DNA of 64,000 nt from the human T2T-CHM13v2.0 reference genome, Homo sapiens. Position 1 is the first letter of the stretch, and each line of letters opens with the position of its first letter. The stretch lies in assembly GCF_009914755.1 (NCBI RefSeq), contig NC_060926.1. One strand, written 5' to 3'. Positions 49,462 through 64,000 of the stretch are shown piece after piece. The notes under the pieces were generated by a model. That model did no database searches and was not told the DNA's origin. It saw only the letters and a list, made by a program, of their open reading frames with translations. A program made the translations under genes and the position numbers.

Positions 49462-52400
49462 ACTGCTATATGCTAGGCACTATGCTAAGCATGGGAGCAT
49501 AACAATGAATTAAACATGTCTGAAATTATATCTGGACTTAAAGCCTTTCTCTAAATGCCCAAATTAAAACAAAAAATTACAGGGATAACCTGAATTTCCC
49601 ACACTCTACTTTCACATCAAATTTGGACATTTATATTGTACATTTATAATACTAATGATTGTTCAAAGAAATTCTCAAGGTAAGAATTCATTTAAGGTAA
49701 ATAAAAAGCTCTAATTTCATTTCTCAAATACTGGCTTGTATGGGGAAAGATTTTAAAAATTTCAAGTTCCAGAAAATTTTTTCAAGGCTGCTACAGATCC
49801 TTTATCTTTATTTTGATATAAGGTCACTGGAATATTTTACACATGTATTAACTTCCCTTTACTTGAATTTATATGAATACAACTCTTTGGGACTTTCAAA
49901 GTTACTTCGTGACTTACAAATGAGAATTTGTTCTTTTAAGTGAATATGAAATGCTTTCTGTGATTGTTAAATCAATCCTGTAGTTAAGTATTTGAGGACC
50001 CCAAATTTAAAGACATTCAAACACAAATAACCCAACAACAACAAAACATAATAACATTATTAAATCAGAGTAAAACTCATAAAAGATATCACACAAAACA
50101 AAGAGAGAGCAAAAATGAAAGTAGTATTTCATACTAAACATCTATCAAATATGACCAGACATTAATTCAGAAGTATTCAAATTTATGTAAAACTTCTCTA
50201 AAATGTATATGTGCTGACATGCACTTAATGGCATACAATTATAATATTGTTAATATTCATAATTAAGTAGTATGTGGATTCAAATTTTCTTGTGCCGAGT
50301 AATGAATGCAAAAATGAATGTGTGCCAAAGTTAATATAAGCCTGAACTTCTGATTTGATGTATGTGCTTATCAAAATGACATGTCTTATTAACTTTTAAT
50401 AAGTAATTCTTTAAATTTAAACTTATACATTTATACCAGTAAAATAATTATAGTATCTATTTTATGTGTTGGAGCACAAATGGAAAACAAGTTTAGCTCA
50501 GGCCTGTGACAGATTATAATTAAAGAAATATGTCCTAGGCTTCAGCCAGTGGAGTCAGAAGGGAGCAATATCCTAATAAATGAAGTTATTTTTCCTATTT
50601 TTATATGTCACTCTTCTGTCACCTTTCAAGGAGAAAAGATAGATATTCATCTACTTAATCAAATTTTACCTGGCTGCTGATAAAAGATAGCCAAATAGAT
50701 TTAAATATTCATAATGTATTGACAATAAACTATTACTCTTTCCTCAAATTAAAAGTACAAGATTCAATATTTGCTGTTTCTAAGCCCAAGTTCCAAAACA
50801 CTCTTATGGTGGTTATACTTTCTCGATTCTGTTTGGATAAGTGTCAACAATTGAGCTGGTTCCTTTTTTTTTAAACGCCAGAACAAGTCTCTCCAGGCTC
50901 CTTCCGTAGGATTGTAAACTCCTGTATTTGCTTTCTGAAAAGAATCAAAATGTATTCTCTAATAGATACCCCACATCTAGATAGTATGAGAAGGTTTATC
51001 TATGTTGTAATGAATGGTTTTTGATTTATTTCACTTAGTATAGTTGCAGGGGGTAGCATTCCCAAAGGCAGCCTGAATAAGGCACATTTAGGAAGTCTGA
51101 GTGTGGCAAATGACTCCTCTAAATAGCACATTAATCATATGGATGACTTTGGCGGCTGTGATAACTGACATTAGGAAATTTTCTAGGGAAATTTTCTGGG
51201 TCATTAAATATACTTAAATCTTGACAAATTAGGATTAATTAAAACACAAATTAACACTCCCTATGAAACACTAAACCTCAAGCATGATTATCAAATAGAT
51301 GAGTAATATATTAAAAACTTAAATCTCTGTCCTAGCATACAGCTTTAATATTTTATAGCCTTTCCTGATTCTGGTAAAATTATTGTTTTCAATGTAAGCA
51401 TTCAGCATCTAAAAAATCTTTAGCACTTGTAAGATACTAAACCCTGCTTTTTGTTGTTTGTAAAAGCTAACGTCCCAACATAATGGATTCTGTAATTTCT
51501 AGGTCGTTTAAGATCATTTTATTCCTGTGGGTTAGCCATTGAGAAATAGGAAACATACATATTTCCTGTTTGGCAATTACATGTTTAATATTCCATTGTA
51601 ACCACTGATCATGATAGGTGAACTCTTATAGGTGTTTTAATCTTACAAATATGTATTGTCTAGTTTGAAGCCCAAATTGTTTCATCATCTAATTTCTTAT
51701 TTTACTTTCATGTGGCTGAAGAAAAAATAAGGAAAGATTTTCTTGTATAAACATCACATAAGGCCAGATTGTTGTCAAAGCAGAGCATTATGGAATCCAC
51801 AACTGTGGGAATATTTATCAGCGTTGAGAGAATAAACTAAATTTCTTCATGTAGCTTTTCAACATTTGGCATATGATTTATATCCCTTAGGGAAAAAAAT
51901 ATGGGCAGAATAAAAACCTGTCACACACGGACAGAGATGACAATGTTGTAAATCCCGAACCAGTTTTGATAATGTAAAGAGTCCTTGAAAAATGAAACAG
52001 AATTATCCTTCCTACTTCTCCTGCAATTCCAGTTAACAGCATAACTATGAGATGTTGCACTGCTTTCAGAAGGAAACTTAAACTTTATCCTGATCCAAAT
52101 TAAGTCAGGGCCAAGGATGGGTAGAAGTGTGGGTGATGATGTGTAGGCAGAGGGGATTTATTGCTTTCATACACATGTCCTTGTTACCCAGGCTCTGGAG
52201 TCCTTGTGTTAATTCCGCAAAAGGCTGACTTAAAAAGGGTGTCTCTGGATTTCTAAAATGAGGTCTCAGGGGAAAACTTGGAACCCATTAAGGTTTCTAA
52301 GGGCAACAGGAGGGATCTGCATCCTGAGGAGCAGTGTCAGGACCTCTCCTCCTTGCCCCTGCTCAATTATTTGAGAGAGGTAGTGGGGGAAGGGATGAAC

Positions 52401-53499
52401 AGAACATAACCATAGTGGATTCTGTTGGATGCTCTACAAATAGTTCTTCCCAAATGGATTGATTGTAGATGACCTTAGCTTGCCTATAAAATAAGGAAAA
52501 AGGAGGTACAGTCTACCAGGTGATGAAAAGAATAATTTAAAAACCAACATGTACTTAAAATACCATCTTGAACTTGAATCAAGTTTTATGGTTTCGGAAA
52601 CATTTATCACGTATCGTATTTTAGCATCAAATTTTTTATTGAGTTGTCAACATCATGTGGGGAATATACATTGGCAATCACCCCAGTTTTCAAATTTGAA
52701 AGCAGAGACAATGCATTAGGAATTTTATTTGTAGAAGGACAAAGACTCCAAACTTACTCCAGGGCTCCTTCAACCATTTTGACTCGCCATTGCTGTCCAT
52801 CAAATTGGCTTTCTAAAGTTGCTAAAAGAATAGTTAGACATAAAATGTTTCCCATTCATCTAATTTTTTGGTTTTATAGAAAAGTAATAAAGGATAGAAA
52901 TCTAGCACAGATGATCTTTTCATTTTTTACCAATTGGGTATTGTTTCTTGGGAATTTTAAGACTGGACAACAATTGTTTTTGAGGGAAAGCAGATGGCTG
53001 TATTAGTAGTTATCCAACATTTTGTAAAATATTGGAAGCTTTCAAAATAGCGGAAGTTATCTTCCTCTACCTAACAAATTCCCCTCCTATAAAATGTATT
53101 GACTGTTAACTTGGCACTCCGAATGTTCCAAATACCAATGTATCTACATACATTTTTGCTTCTAACACTCGAGTCATAAAACAGCTGTGTGTGCTCCAAA
53201 CCTATTTATGCCAGCTGAACTTGTTAATGGAATTACATCATTCAATCATATCATACATAAAAGAATAAAATTTTGTGTAAAGAAGGAAAACACTATCTCC
53301 CCCTGCCTATCCCAACTATAAAAATAAAGATGAATGTTTCAGAAATCTTTTATAAAGGTGGGTCATTAAGAAAAATGCAACCAGATTGTTAGATTAGGTG
53401 TGGGATCTTAAATATCTGAAAAGTAGAAATTTTATAGTCACTAAACTCTGATTATAATCCAAGAAATAAGGAAAAACAATTAAAAAGTAACCATAAAAA

Positions 53500-54228
53500 A
53501 GGAGTGCTTAGAAATTAAGAACAATACTCGATGATAATTTTGTGATAAAAAATGAAACAATTTAGAAAACAATAAAAATGATAATATTTCATTTTAATAC
53601 CTGTAGAACCACAGAAAAACTTGTATTAAAAGAAATATGTATACTCAATGCCTTCATTATCAAAAATAAAGACTCAAACAATAGCATAATACAAATGTTA
53701 AGAATAGTAAAGTTATCAAAAAAATAAGAAAAAGGTAATTAATGGAGGCAAATGCTGAAAATGAAAAGAACAGTAGCAAGCTAGCTTAAATACATCTAAG
53801 GGCTAATTCCGTGAATAAAATCAAATAGAATATATAAATCTTTCAAAGATCTGCTGAAGGAAAGAAGAGAGAGAGAAAAAATATGCAAGTTCAGGAATAA
53901 GAAAAGCAGAGGCATGGGCTGATACAGAAAATATTATTTTATAAAAGAAGCTTATGTGGAATTGTGGAACTGTGGAAACCTAAATAACACACATGAATTC
54001 TTGATAAAATGGAAATTATTATATTGACTAAAGAAGAAGTAGAACAAATAATTACCGAGTAGGAGAGGTGATTAAAGATACACTATTGAAACAACCAGAT
54101 GATTTTACAACTGATTTCTTTCTAACACTTGAAGAGCATATAACCACCAATGAATATAATTATAAAATAGATGCAAAATACTAAACAATTGACTAACCAA
54201 TAATATCAACAATGTATCAAAAAATCTA
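53500..54228 (+). mobile_element. Old, degraded L1M ORF2 fragment (host of the nested younger L1)
   Basis: A-rich degenerate L1-like text ending atagatgcaaaatactaaac...caacaatgtatcaaaaaa; resumes at 56309 as gatcaagtaggattcatt (DQVGFI). Confidence 0.6.
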
Positions 54229-56290
54229 TAACCAGAAGTCCTACCCAGAGGAATTAGATAAGAAAGAGAAATAAAAGGCATCCAAATAATAAGTCAAACT
54301 ATCTGTCTTTGCAGACGATATGATTCTGTATCTAGAAAATGCTATACACTCCAACAGAATACTTCTAGGTTTAATAAACAGATATGGTAAACTTTCAGGA
54401 TACAAAATCAATGTACAAAAATCAGTAGCATTTCTATACACCGATAACACCCAAGTTCAGAGACAAATTAAGAATGCAATCTCATTTGCAATAGCCACAT
54501 AAAGAATAAAATATCTAGAAATACAGCTTTCAAGGAGGTGAAAGCTGTCTACAATAAGAATTACAAAATACTGCTGGAAGAAATGAGAGACGACACAGAA
54601 AAATTGAAAAACATTTCATGCTCATGGATAGGAAGTATAAATATTGTTAAAATGACCACACGGCCCAAAGCAATGTACAGATTCAATGCCATTCCTGTCA
54701 ATGTACCAAAGTCACTTTTCACAGAATTAGAAAAAATTATTCTAAAATCATATGAAACCAGAAATACTCCTGAATTGCCAAAGGAATTCGAGGCAAAAAG
54801 AACAAAGCTGGAGCCATCACACTACCCAACTTCAAACTATACTACAAGGTTACAGTAACCAAAACAATGTGGAACTGGTACAAAAACAAACATAGACTAA
54901 TGGAATAGCATAGAGAAACCAGAAATAAAGCCACACACATACAGCCACCTGATTTTCAACAAAGCTGACAATAACAAACAATGAAGAAAAGATTCCTTAT
55001 TCAATAAATGATGTTTGGATAACTGGCTAGCCATATGCAGAAGATTGAAACTGGACCCTTATGTTTTTCCATCAACAAAAATTAGCTCAAGATGGATTAA
55101 AGACTTAAATACAAGACCTAAAAACAATAAAAACTCTAGAAGAAAGCCTATGAAATGACATTCCAGGCCATATCATTACCAACACCTCTTCAACCTTGGC
55201 AAAAATTTATGACTAAATCCCCAAAAGCAATTGCAACCAAAACCACAATTGAGAAGTGGAACCTAATTAAATGAAAGAGATTCTGCACAGCAAAAGAAAC
55301 TACCAACAGAGTAAACAGAAAACCTACAGAATGGGAGAAAATATTTGCACACTGTGCATCTGATAAAGATCCAATAACCAGAATCCATAAGGAACTTAAG
55401 CAAACCAACAAGCAAAAATCAAAGAACTCCAATAAAAAGTGGGCAAAGGACATGAACAGATACTTCTCAAAAAAAGGCATACCAGTGGCCAAGAAACATA
55501 TGAAAAAATGTTTATCATCAATAATTATCAGAGAAATGCAAATCACAACTCCAATGAGATACCATCTCACACCAGTCAGAATGGCTAATATTAAAAAATC
55601 TGAAAACAATAGATATTGGTGAGGTTGTGGAGAAGAGTGAACACTTGTACACTGCGGGTGGAAAATGTAAATTAGTTAAATCACTATGGAAAGCAATGTA
55701 GAGATTTCTCAAAGAACTTAAAAGAGAACTATTCCATTCAACCCAGCAGTCCCACTGTTGGGCAAATACTCAAAGGAAATTAAATTATTCTACCAAAAGG
55801 ACACATGCACTTGTATGTTTATTGCAGAACTATTCAAAGTAGCAAAGACATGAAACCAACCAATATAAGATGCCTATCAACGGTGGACTGGATAAAGAAA
55901 ATGTGGCACATATATGCAATGGAATACTATGCAACCATAAAAAAGAATGAAATTATGTCCTTTGCAGCAACATGGATGCAGCTGGAAGCCATTACTCTAA
56001 ACAAACTAATGCAGGAACAGGAAACCAAATACTACATGTTCTCACTTATAAGTGGCAGCTAGACATTGAATACACATGGACATAAAGATGGGAACAATAG
56101 ACATTGAGGACTGCTTGAGGAGGGAGGGTGAAAAGGAAGAGTGGTAAGAAAGGGTACCACTGGGCACTATGTTCACTACCTTGGGATCATTTGTACATCA
56201 AGCCTCAGTGACACACAATTTACCTATGTAACAAACCTGCATAGGTACCCCCAAACCTAAAATAAAAGTGGAAGAAAGAAAAAATTTAAA
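54229..56290 (+). mobile_element. 5'-truncated L1 (L1PA16/L1PB-age): ORF2 RT-to-C-terminal remnant plus 3' UTR
   Basis: [35 protein letters not shown] and WIKKMWHIYAMEYY are L1 ORF2 motifs, disrupted by stops; 3' UTR ends aaaataaaag plus an A-rich tail. Confidence 0.95.
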
Positions 56291-57789
56291 AATAATTACA
56301 AAAATCTACGATCAAGTAGGATTCATTTCATGAGTGCAAGGATATTATAGTAGTATTAGTCTTAACACTTCTTTAATTAAATCAACTATTAAGATATTTA
56401 TTAAAATAATAATTTTATTATTTTTAATTAAATTTTTAAAATTGAAATCAACTTTTTTTTCAAAATTATTTTGGAAATTCTAGTGAATCAAAAACACCCC
56501 AATAAGTAGTTGCTATTAAAAATAGAAAATGAATTTATCTCTTCTTGCTGCTGATGATTGTATGCTTAGAACATCCAATATTAAATCCTCAAGAGGACCA
56601 CCTACCATTCAAACAGACCAGAACAAACCAAATTAAATCAAACTACAAAGTACTATCAGAATGAGGTCAAATTGAACCAAACCAAAAAGAAGTCCTTCAG
56701 AATTTGTTAAAGAAAAATAAATTAACCCAAAACTTGGTTACAGAGAAAACAAATTAAACCAAACAAAAACAAATTCTATCAGAATTTGCTAAATTGGCTG
56801 GATAGAAGATAAATAGTTTTATTCTTTATTATCTATAAGCAGGTAAAAATGGAAATGCTTAATATATTTTATTTGACTCACTATGCTATATAAAATTAAT
56901 AAAGATATTTCACAATAAAGGTAAAACTTTTTAAGAAGAAAATGATAAAATCTTATTGAACTGGATTTTGTTTTTTAAGATATAAACCAGTGATTCTCAA
57001 CTTTGTCTACGTATTAGATTTATAAAAATACTGACACAGACTTTAAGCAATTCTTATTTAACTATTATAAAAATTTCAGATGATTTTAATGTGAAGCATG
57101 GATGACAACTTAATATTTAAATACCAAAGTTATATTTAAATAAGAGTTAGAATAGACCTACAATCTGTTTTCTATATTTCCCAAGAAATAACAGAGAAGA
57201 AAAATGGCCAGCTACTGACAAACATTAGTGACCTGCTCCTGGCAAACACAGTAAGGGCACTTATTAGTGGAATAGTGCCCATTTATGGAGTATTTTTAGC
57301 AGGATGTATCTAGATAATCATCTATGACAGGCCAATCTTTCATTAATAGAACATGACTTTCTGGAAAATGTCATATAAGCTGTGTAATGTCCAGAATATA
57401 AAATGTAACTGTTTAATGACCGAAAGAGATTCTGTTTAAGTGTCGTATAATCACATATATCATTTACAGTCCTCCTGAACTCATACTAACATGGCAAGGA
57501 AGATCTCCGTGCCTATGCTCATAATTCCTAAATCCTTGAAATTATTAGTAAATCTTGATAGTGGCTATGATTTCTCACTCTTGGGAGCCATATTTAACAA
57601 TCTGATCTTTGGTTTATTTCAAAAGCCTAACATGAAGTAAGTTGTAACTGAATTTAAAAAGTCATATATTTTTTATGGAAGAATAAAGGTTCTTAAATAG
57701 CCAGGAGAAATGAGCAAAATAAGATTAGTAAGTGTCCACCTACCTTACCAGATATTAAAATATTATATAAAACTGCTAAACACAAACCA

Positions 57790-59210
<1,421 letters not shown>

Positions 59211-59494
59211 AGGGAGAAACATGGACTGCACATAATTAAATGTTTTTTAGATTAAATTATGCAACTATATGTGTGTGTAAATATGTATATATGTCTGTAT
59301 ACATGCAAATATAAGTATAATTATATTAGCATATTAAAAGTTATGGAAGTTTACACACATAGGTAATAGATAATGGGATGAGTAAAGTATAAAAATTGAA
59401 GTATAAAAAAATCTTAAAAATGTTGCATTTTAAAAATCCCTTTCATAAAAAAGTAGAGATGTTGCAATTTTATTTAAGTAAAATTTGTGTATAT

Positions 59495-59978
59495 GAGAAG
59501 GCAAATAACTTTTTATCTAAGGAATGCAAGTCCCTTTAAATTATGAGGCCTATAGAGGTAATGACATGTGAGAGCAGTCATGTCTTACTCCCTACCTTAA
59601 GCTAAGTAATCCACCTGCTATCCAGACTCTAGAGTCCCACCAATTGATAGAAATTGACCTAACAATGCCATATGCTGGATACCATAAATCATGCCGTATA
59701 TTTAACAATGTATAGCTAATCACTAACCAATGCTATTTCTGTAAACCAATGAGAGTTCCTGACAAACAACTTTTCTAATTGCCCACTCTCCTGATTTGTC
59801 CTTTTTTTAAAAAAAAAAACAAAAAACAAAAAAACAGCAAAACAAAACCAAAAAACCTTTGAGCCTCTCCTTTGTTCTCTGGAGCATTTCCCAGTGTTTC
59901 CCAGCTGCAAGTCCTCAACCTTGGTCTAAATAAACTCTCTATATAAATTTTGCTTCAGTTTCTTTCTTTAGATTGACA
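59495..59978 (+). mobile_element. ERV1-class solo LTR (MER34-like)
   Basis: tttatctaaggaatgcaagtccctttaaattat...accaatg...gtaaaccaatgagagttcctgacaaacaact...aataaactctct...ttgaca end. Confidence 0.65.
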
Positions 59979-60768
59979 TATCTATGAAATGCACCAGCAC
60001 AGAAGATGCTTCCCAATTTAAAAACAAATTCTTATCAGGCTATGATAAGTCTGTAAGAGAAAAAAATGTATGTATATGATATGCCACAAGTATGGTTGCA
60101 AGGTGATGTTATATTAGGGTGTTGTCTGTAAGTGAAAAGATATAAAGTACTTTTTAATCACTGTAAAACAAATTATTTTACTGTTTGATAATTTACAATG
60201 ATTCTATACTTTAATTTGAAAAAAGTTAGGTCTTCCTAATGTTTCCTTTAACTTTGCTTCAGTGATTGGTTAAGATATTTTTTCTCTTTAAGAATTGCCA
60301 ATATAAAACCATAAACTTATGACAACCAATCATTAATGTTTAATAACAATTTTTTTAAAAAAATTTATAAATCTCAATTCTGTATGCTAAGATGGGTGAG
60401 AATGAAAGGAAAGGGAATAAAGCAAGGTGCAGATTTAAACTTCCATTTAATGTTATTCTCATATTTAGAAAGCATGGGATATAAATGTTATGTAACCTAG
60501 TCCTTTTCTTCATTCTGACCACTGTCTACATGCTTCCACTCTGCTTTTACTCCAAGAATGTCTCCACCCATGATTTCTCTAGGCCAGCCTATATATTTTT
60601 GTTTGTCTTTTAGAAGTCCGGCTTGTAAAATTTTGCACCATGTAGCTGTTTTCCTGGCATTATACTCTCCTTTGTTCTTTAGATATCTAGTCAAAGGGAA
60701 TTGCTTTATTATAATACTCTGACCTCAGTGTGGTGTTGCCTGCTATTAAATATTAAGAATAGCTCATA

Positions 60769-61059
<291 letters not shown>

Positions 61060-63934
61060 TCATAGACAAAACAGATAAAATCATAGTTAGGCTCTGGGCT
61101 AAATCCCTATCTTGGAAAACACATTTTCCTAGCACTCACACCTTGCAATTCACCACACAGAATCAGATGATAGCTTGAGATGCACCTCTATGATCCAAAT
61201 AAAATAATTTCGCCTTTGTGGAGAGTGAGTATTTGGCTTATTTTCCCACTATGGTAGGTTTTCCTAACCACAGACATGTTTTAGCTTTGTGTGGGTTGCA
61301 CAGCATACTGATCTAAGAAGATTAACAGAAGAGAGGGAAGAATGAATGACAGCATATATGGAAATGATTCAGCATAGCTCTGGAGTGTTAAAAATGCATC
61401 ATCAGAGGTGATGCCCCCTACCCAACCCAATAAAGAAAGCTCTTATGAGATGGTCCCTAAGGTGAACGTAGAGTTATGCTGGGGGTGGCTCACCTGGATA
61501 ATAGGACCCCAAGATGCAAAGTAAAGGAGATTTCTTTTTAGGTATATCTGGCATGAAACGTAATGATTATGTATTTTTTCCATCCACACTCATCCACATG
61601 GATTGCAATATGTCTAAACTGAGAAAAACAATTAAAATATATCTAAATTTCTTGAGCTATTGCTGCTTTAAGGCTATATGATAATTTGGGCTAAGATGAA
61701 CTACATCTGAATGTTTTCACTTTTAAAAAAACAATGATTATGAAATATGACATATTGGGTGGACCATTTTCATATCCATTTATAACATCAATCCCAGTCC
61801 ACTGGATATGACTTCTACTAAAGAAAATATAGGACTTTTATTTTGGAAAAAAATATTGTGGATGCTTTGATTCCATTAGGTTTAAGAAATGCTGAGTTAT
61901 TCTAGCATTTGAATGAAAAGAGACTTAAAATCATATTTCCAAAGAATCTGTTATAACTGAACTTTGATGATCTCTATTTTTTATTAATGGCTTCACCTGT
62001 GTTGATTATCAAGTGATCTGAAACTGAATTGAGTTGAATTATTCCTATGCTCCTACCAGTCCAAAGTTTTTTGAAACACATCATACCCTTCAGCATAAGA
62101 AATTCCACTCTACAGTTCTATTCAAATAGGAACATTATTTTAAGAATTTCAAAAAACAATTTGAGACATCATTTCCACTTTCTAACTACTGTAAGAGTAA
62201 CATTATTAATAAATGGAGAAACTGAAGCATCAAAGTAGGTTCACCACCTCAGTGTAATGTTTCTGTAGACTTTTTGTAATATGGAAAGCTCTAGGGCATA
62301 CTGTCATTATTTTTCTTGACTTAAGATGGGCTAAAGGTCAGATCCTACCACTGAAGAACTCACTTTGCATAGAAGCAGCATCATTCCAACTGTAAATAAG
62401 TCCTCCTTGATGATGGTTGGAGACCAGGATGAAGTGACCATCATCACTTGTGCAAGATGAACATGTACCATTTGTGACCTGAAAACATTAGATGCCTGTC
62501 TTAAGCTTGACATTGTTCATGTCAGCGGGCTCCAGATGGTGTTTTCTTGTTCTTTGTAATATTTTGAAGAACTGTAGGGTAAGTAGCCTTGGTGTAAAAT
62601 AGGAAAGGCAAGTGAACTTTGCCTTTTAAAAGCACCTGCTGTTCAGGGGCTGGCTACAGTAGGTGATCATGAGTGATAAATTTGTGTGTTCATAGTAGTA
62701 GACTTCTTGCCAGTGTGAAATTTTAGTACATTCCCAGTTTCTGCAGAGCCAGGCAATTCCTATCAACTAATCTACATGCAGATGACAACATCTTTTCAAG
62801 TGCATTGTGCAAAACTATTATTTTAATTCAACTCCTAAATGGTAACTATGTATTTATAGAAAACCAAAAGGTGTTGCCAGTCCTGTGGGTCATTATCATT
62901 TAAATGTAGGTTTTGGCCAATCTTTATACCCCCTTTTAAATGCATGGAGGATTATCTGGATATGAGGGCATCATATTTCTGAAATTTTATTATAGCTGTA
63001 TGATATACATATCAGTCTAGGTCATGGACTGTATTTATCAACTTCAGTAGATAAAAAATCATTAGAAAAAAGTAAGGGAGATGAAAGCTATACAGTGAAG
63101 GCAAGCCACGCTACTTTGCAAATTTTGCTTTTACATTTTTGATGGGGTATATTGTCACAAGAATTGTTTTCATCGGAGTTGCTGAATTGAACATAACTGA
63201 AAGAGTTCACCATTATACTTCGCTATGGTGTATCAAAACACTCCACAATCTAAATATAAAGGTCTGGCCCAGATGAAGTCTTTTAAATAAGTTTAGAGAA
63301 TGAGTGTAACAAAGTTTCTGATGGAGTAGGATTAGACTGTAGGTGCAGAGATAAGCTCTGTGTTAATAGTGGAGACTGCTCTGACAGATCATAGAGAAAC
63401 TAAAAGAGTTGTGAAGGTAAAGAAAGTCAAGTTTTCATTAAAATGTTCCTTGGAAGTCACATCAGCCCCAAGCAATATAAATTTATATTAAACAGCATAT
63501 CATTCTTTATTATTCTCTGTTCCACTTTTGACTGGCTTTGTTCATAGGGTCCATTACAGGTCTATGCTGTGTCACTCAGCATCTCACTATGATCCTAAGA
63601 TTTTTTTAGCTTATTAAGCTAACTCGATTAAAAGCTCCAAAAGCTCTCCCTGTCTTGAGCTACACTTCTATCTTGCACTTCCTCCTTTATCAGGATTCAT
63701 CTAGTCTCTGCTTGACCTAGGAAACTGAACGATGCAATGGAAGTGCTATCAAGTTCCCTTTTAAACCTGCAAGCTAATACCTTCACCCCTTCTCTTTTCT
63801 TTCCTGCCTGTCTTTAAGAAAAACTTACCTATCCCCTATCCACCCAGCTGAGAGTTTATACCTCTTCCTAGGCTCTTATTCCAACTACTTTCTATGTCTG
63901 TCTCTCAAAATTTCCTCCATTAATGTCCCAGGCT

Positions 63935-63957
63935 AAAAAAAAAAAAAAAAAAAAAAA
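63935..63957 (+). repeat. Poly(A) tract (~23 nt)
   Basis: Direct observation. Confidence 0.9.
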
Positions 63958-64000
63958 GCAACTATTCCCTTTTCTTACTAAAATAAATGAAAACTGTTTC

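Noticed and set aside
51915-51940. REST/RE1 site (CACGGACAG); also half-site TCAGCACCAC at ~9718
   Set aside because: Only half-sites; no full 21-bp RE1.
54241-56062. Cluster of ORFs with reverse-transcriptase-like text
   Set aside because: Fragments and antisense frames of a dead L1 ORF2; not a gene or novel RT system.
56625-56790. CRISPR-like repeat-spacer array
   Set aside because: Units are degenerate, lack unique regular spacers, and the context is mammalian intron.
57255-57280. Small hairpin GGGCACT...AGTGCCC
   Set aside because: Stem of about 10 bp with a bulge; expected by chance in 64 kb.

Overview
Primate (very likely human, 2q24) AT-rich genomic DNA with two genes arranged tail-to-tail. 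On the + strand are the last five coding exons of grancalcin (GCA, penta-EF-hand protein; 1098-4903) and its 3' UTR. On the - strand are the last seven coding exons of the ERG3/Kv11.3 potassium channel KCNH7 (45101 down to the stop at 16489-16491: C-linker, CNBHD, distal C-terminus). 45102-64000 is one large KCNH7 intron. All exons were reconstructed by hand from splice sites and phases, and they join in frame. The rest is intronic or UTR sequence with Alu, L1, L2, MIR, MER5, Tigger2a and LTR relics; most ORFs in the supplied track are noise or repeat-derived. I found no clearly new biological system. The most notable unexplained items are: (i) a 114-nt phase-symmetric cryptic exon with an in-frame stop in KCNH7 (32258-32371), flanked by two exons whose acceptors look shifted; (ii) a 50-bp near-perfect inverted repeat (46994-47105); (iii) a candidate alternative GCA terminal exon antisense to the KCNH7 3' UTR (15966-~16260); (iv) a U12-type intron in GCA plus a hybrid U2/U12-looking last intron; and (v) signs of a very long KCNH7 3' UTR that may reach the GCA 3' end. 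Repeat subfamily names and boundaries are by eye and approximate.
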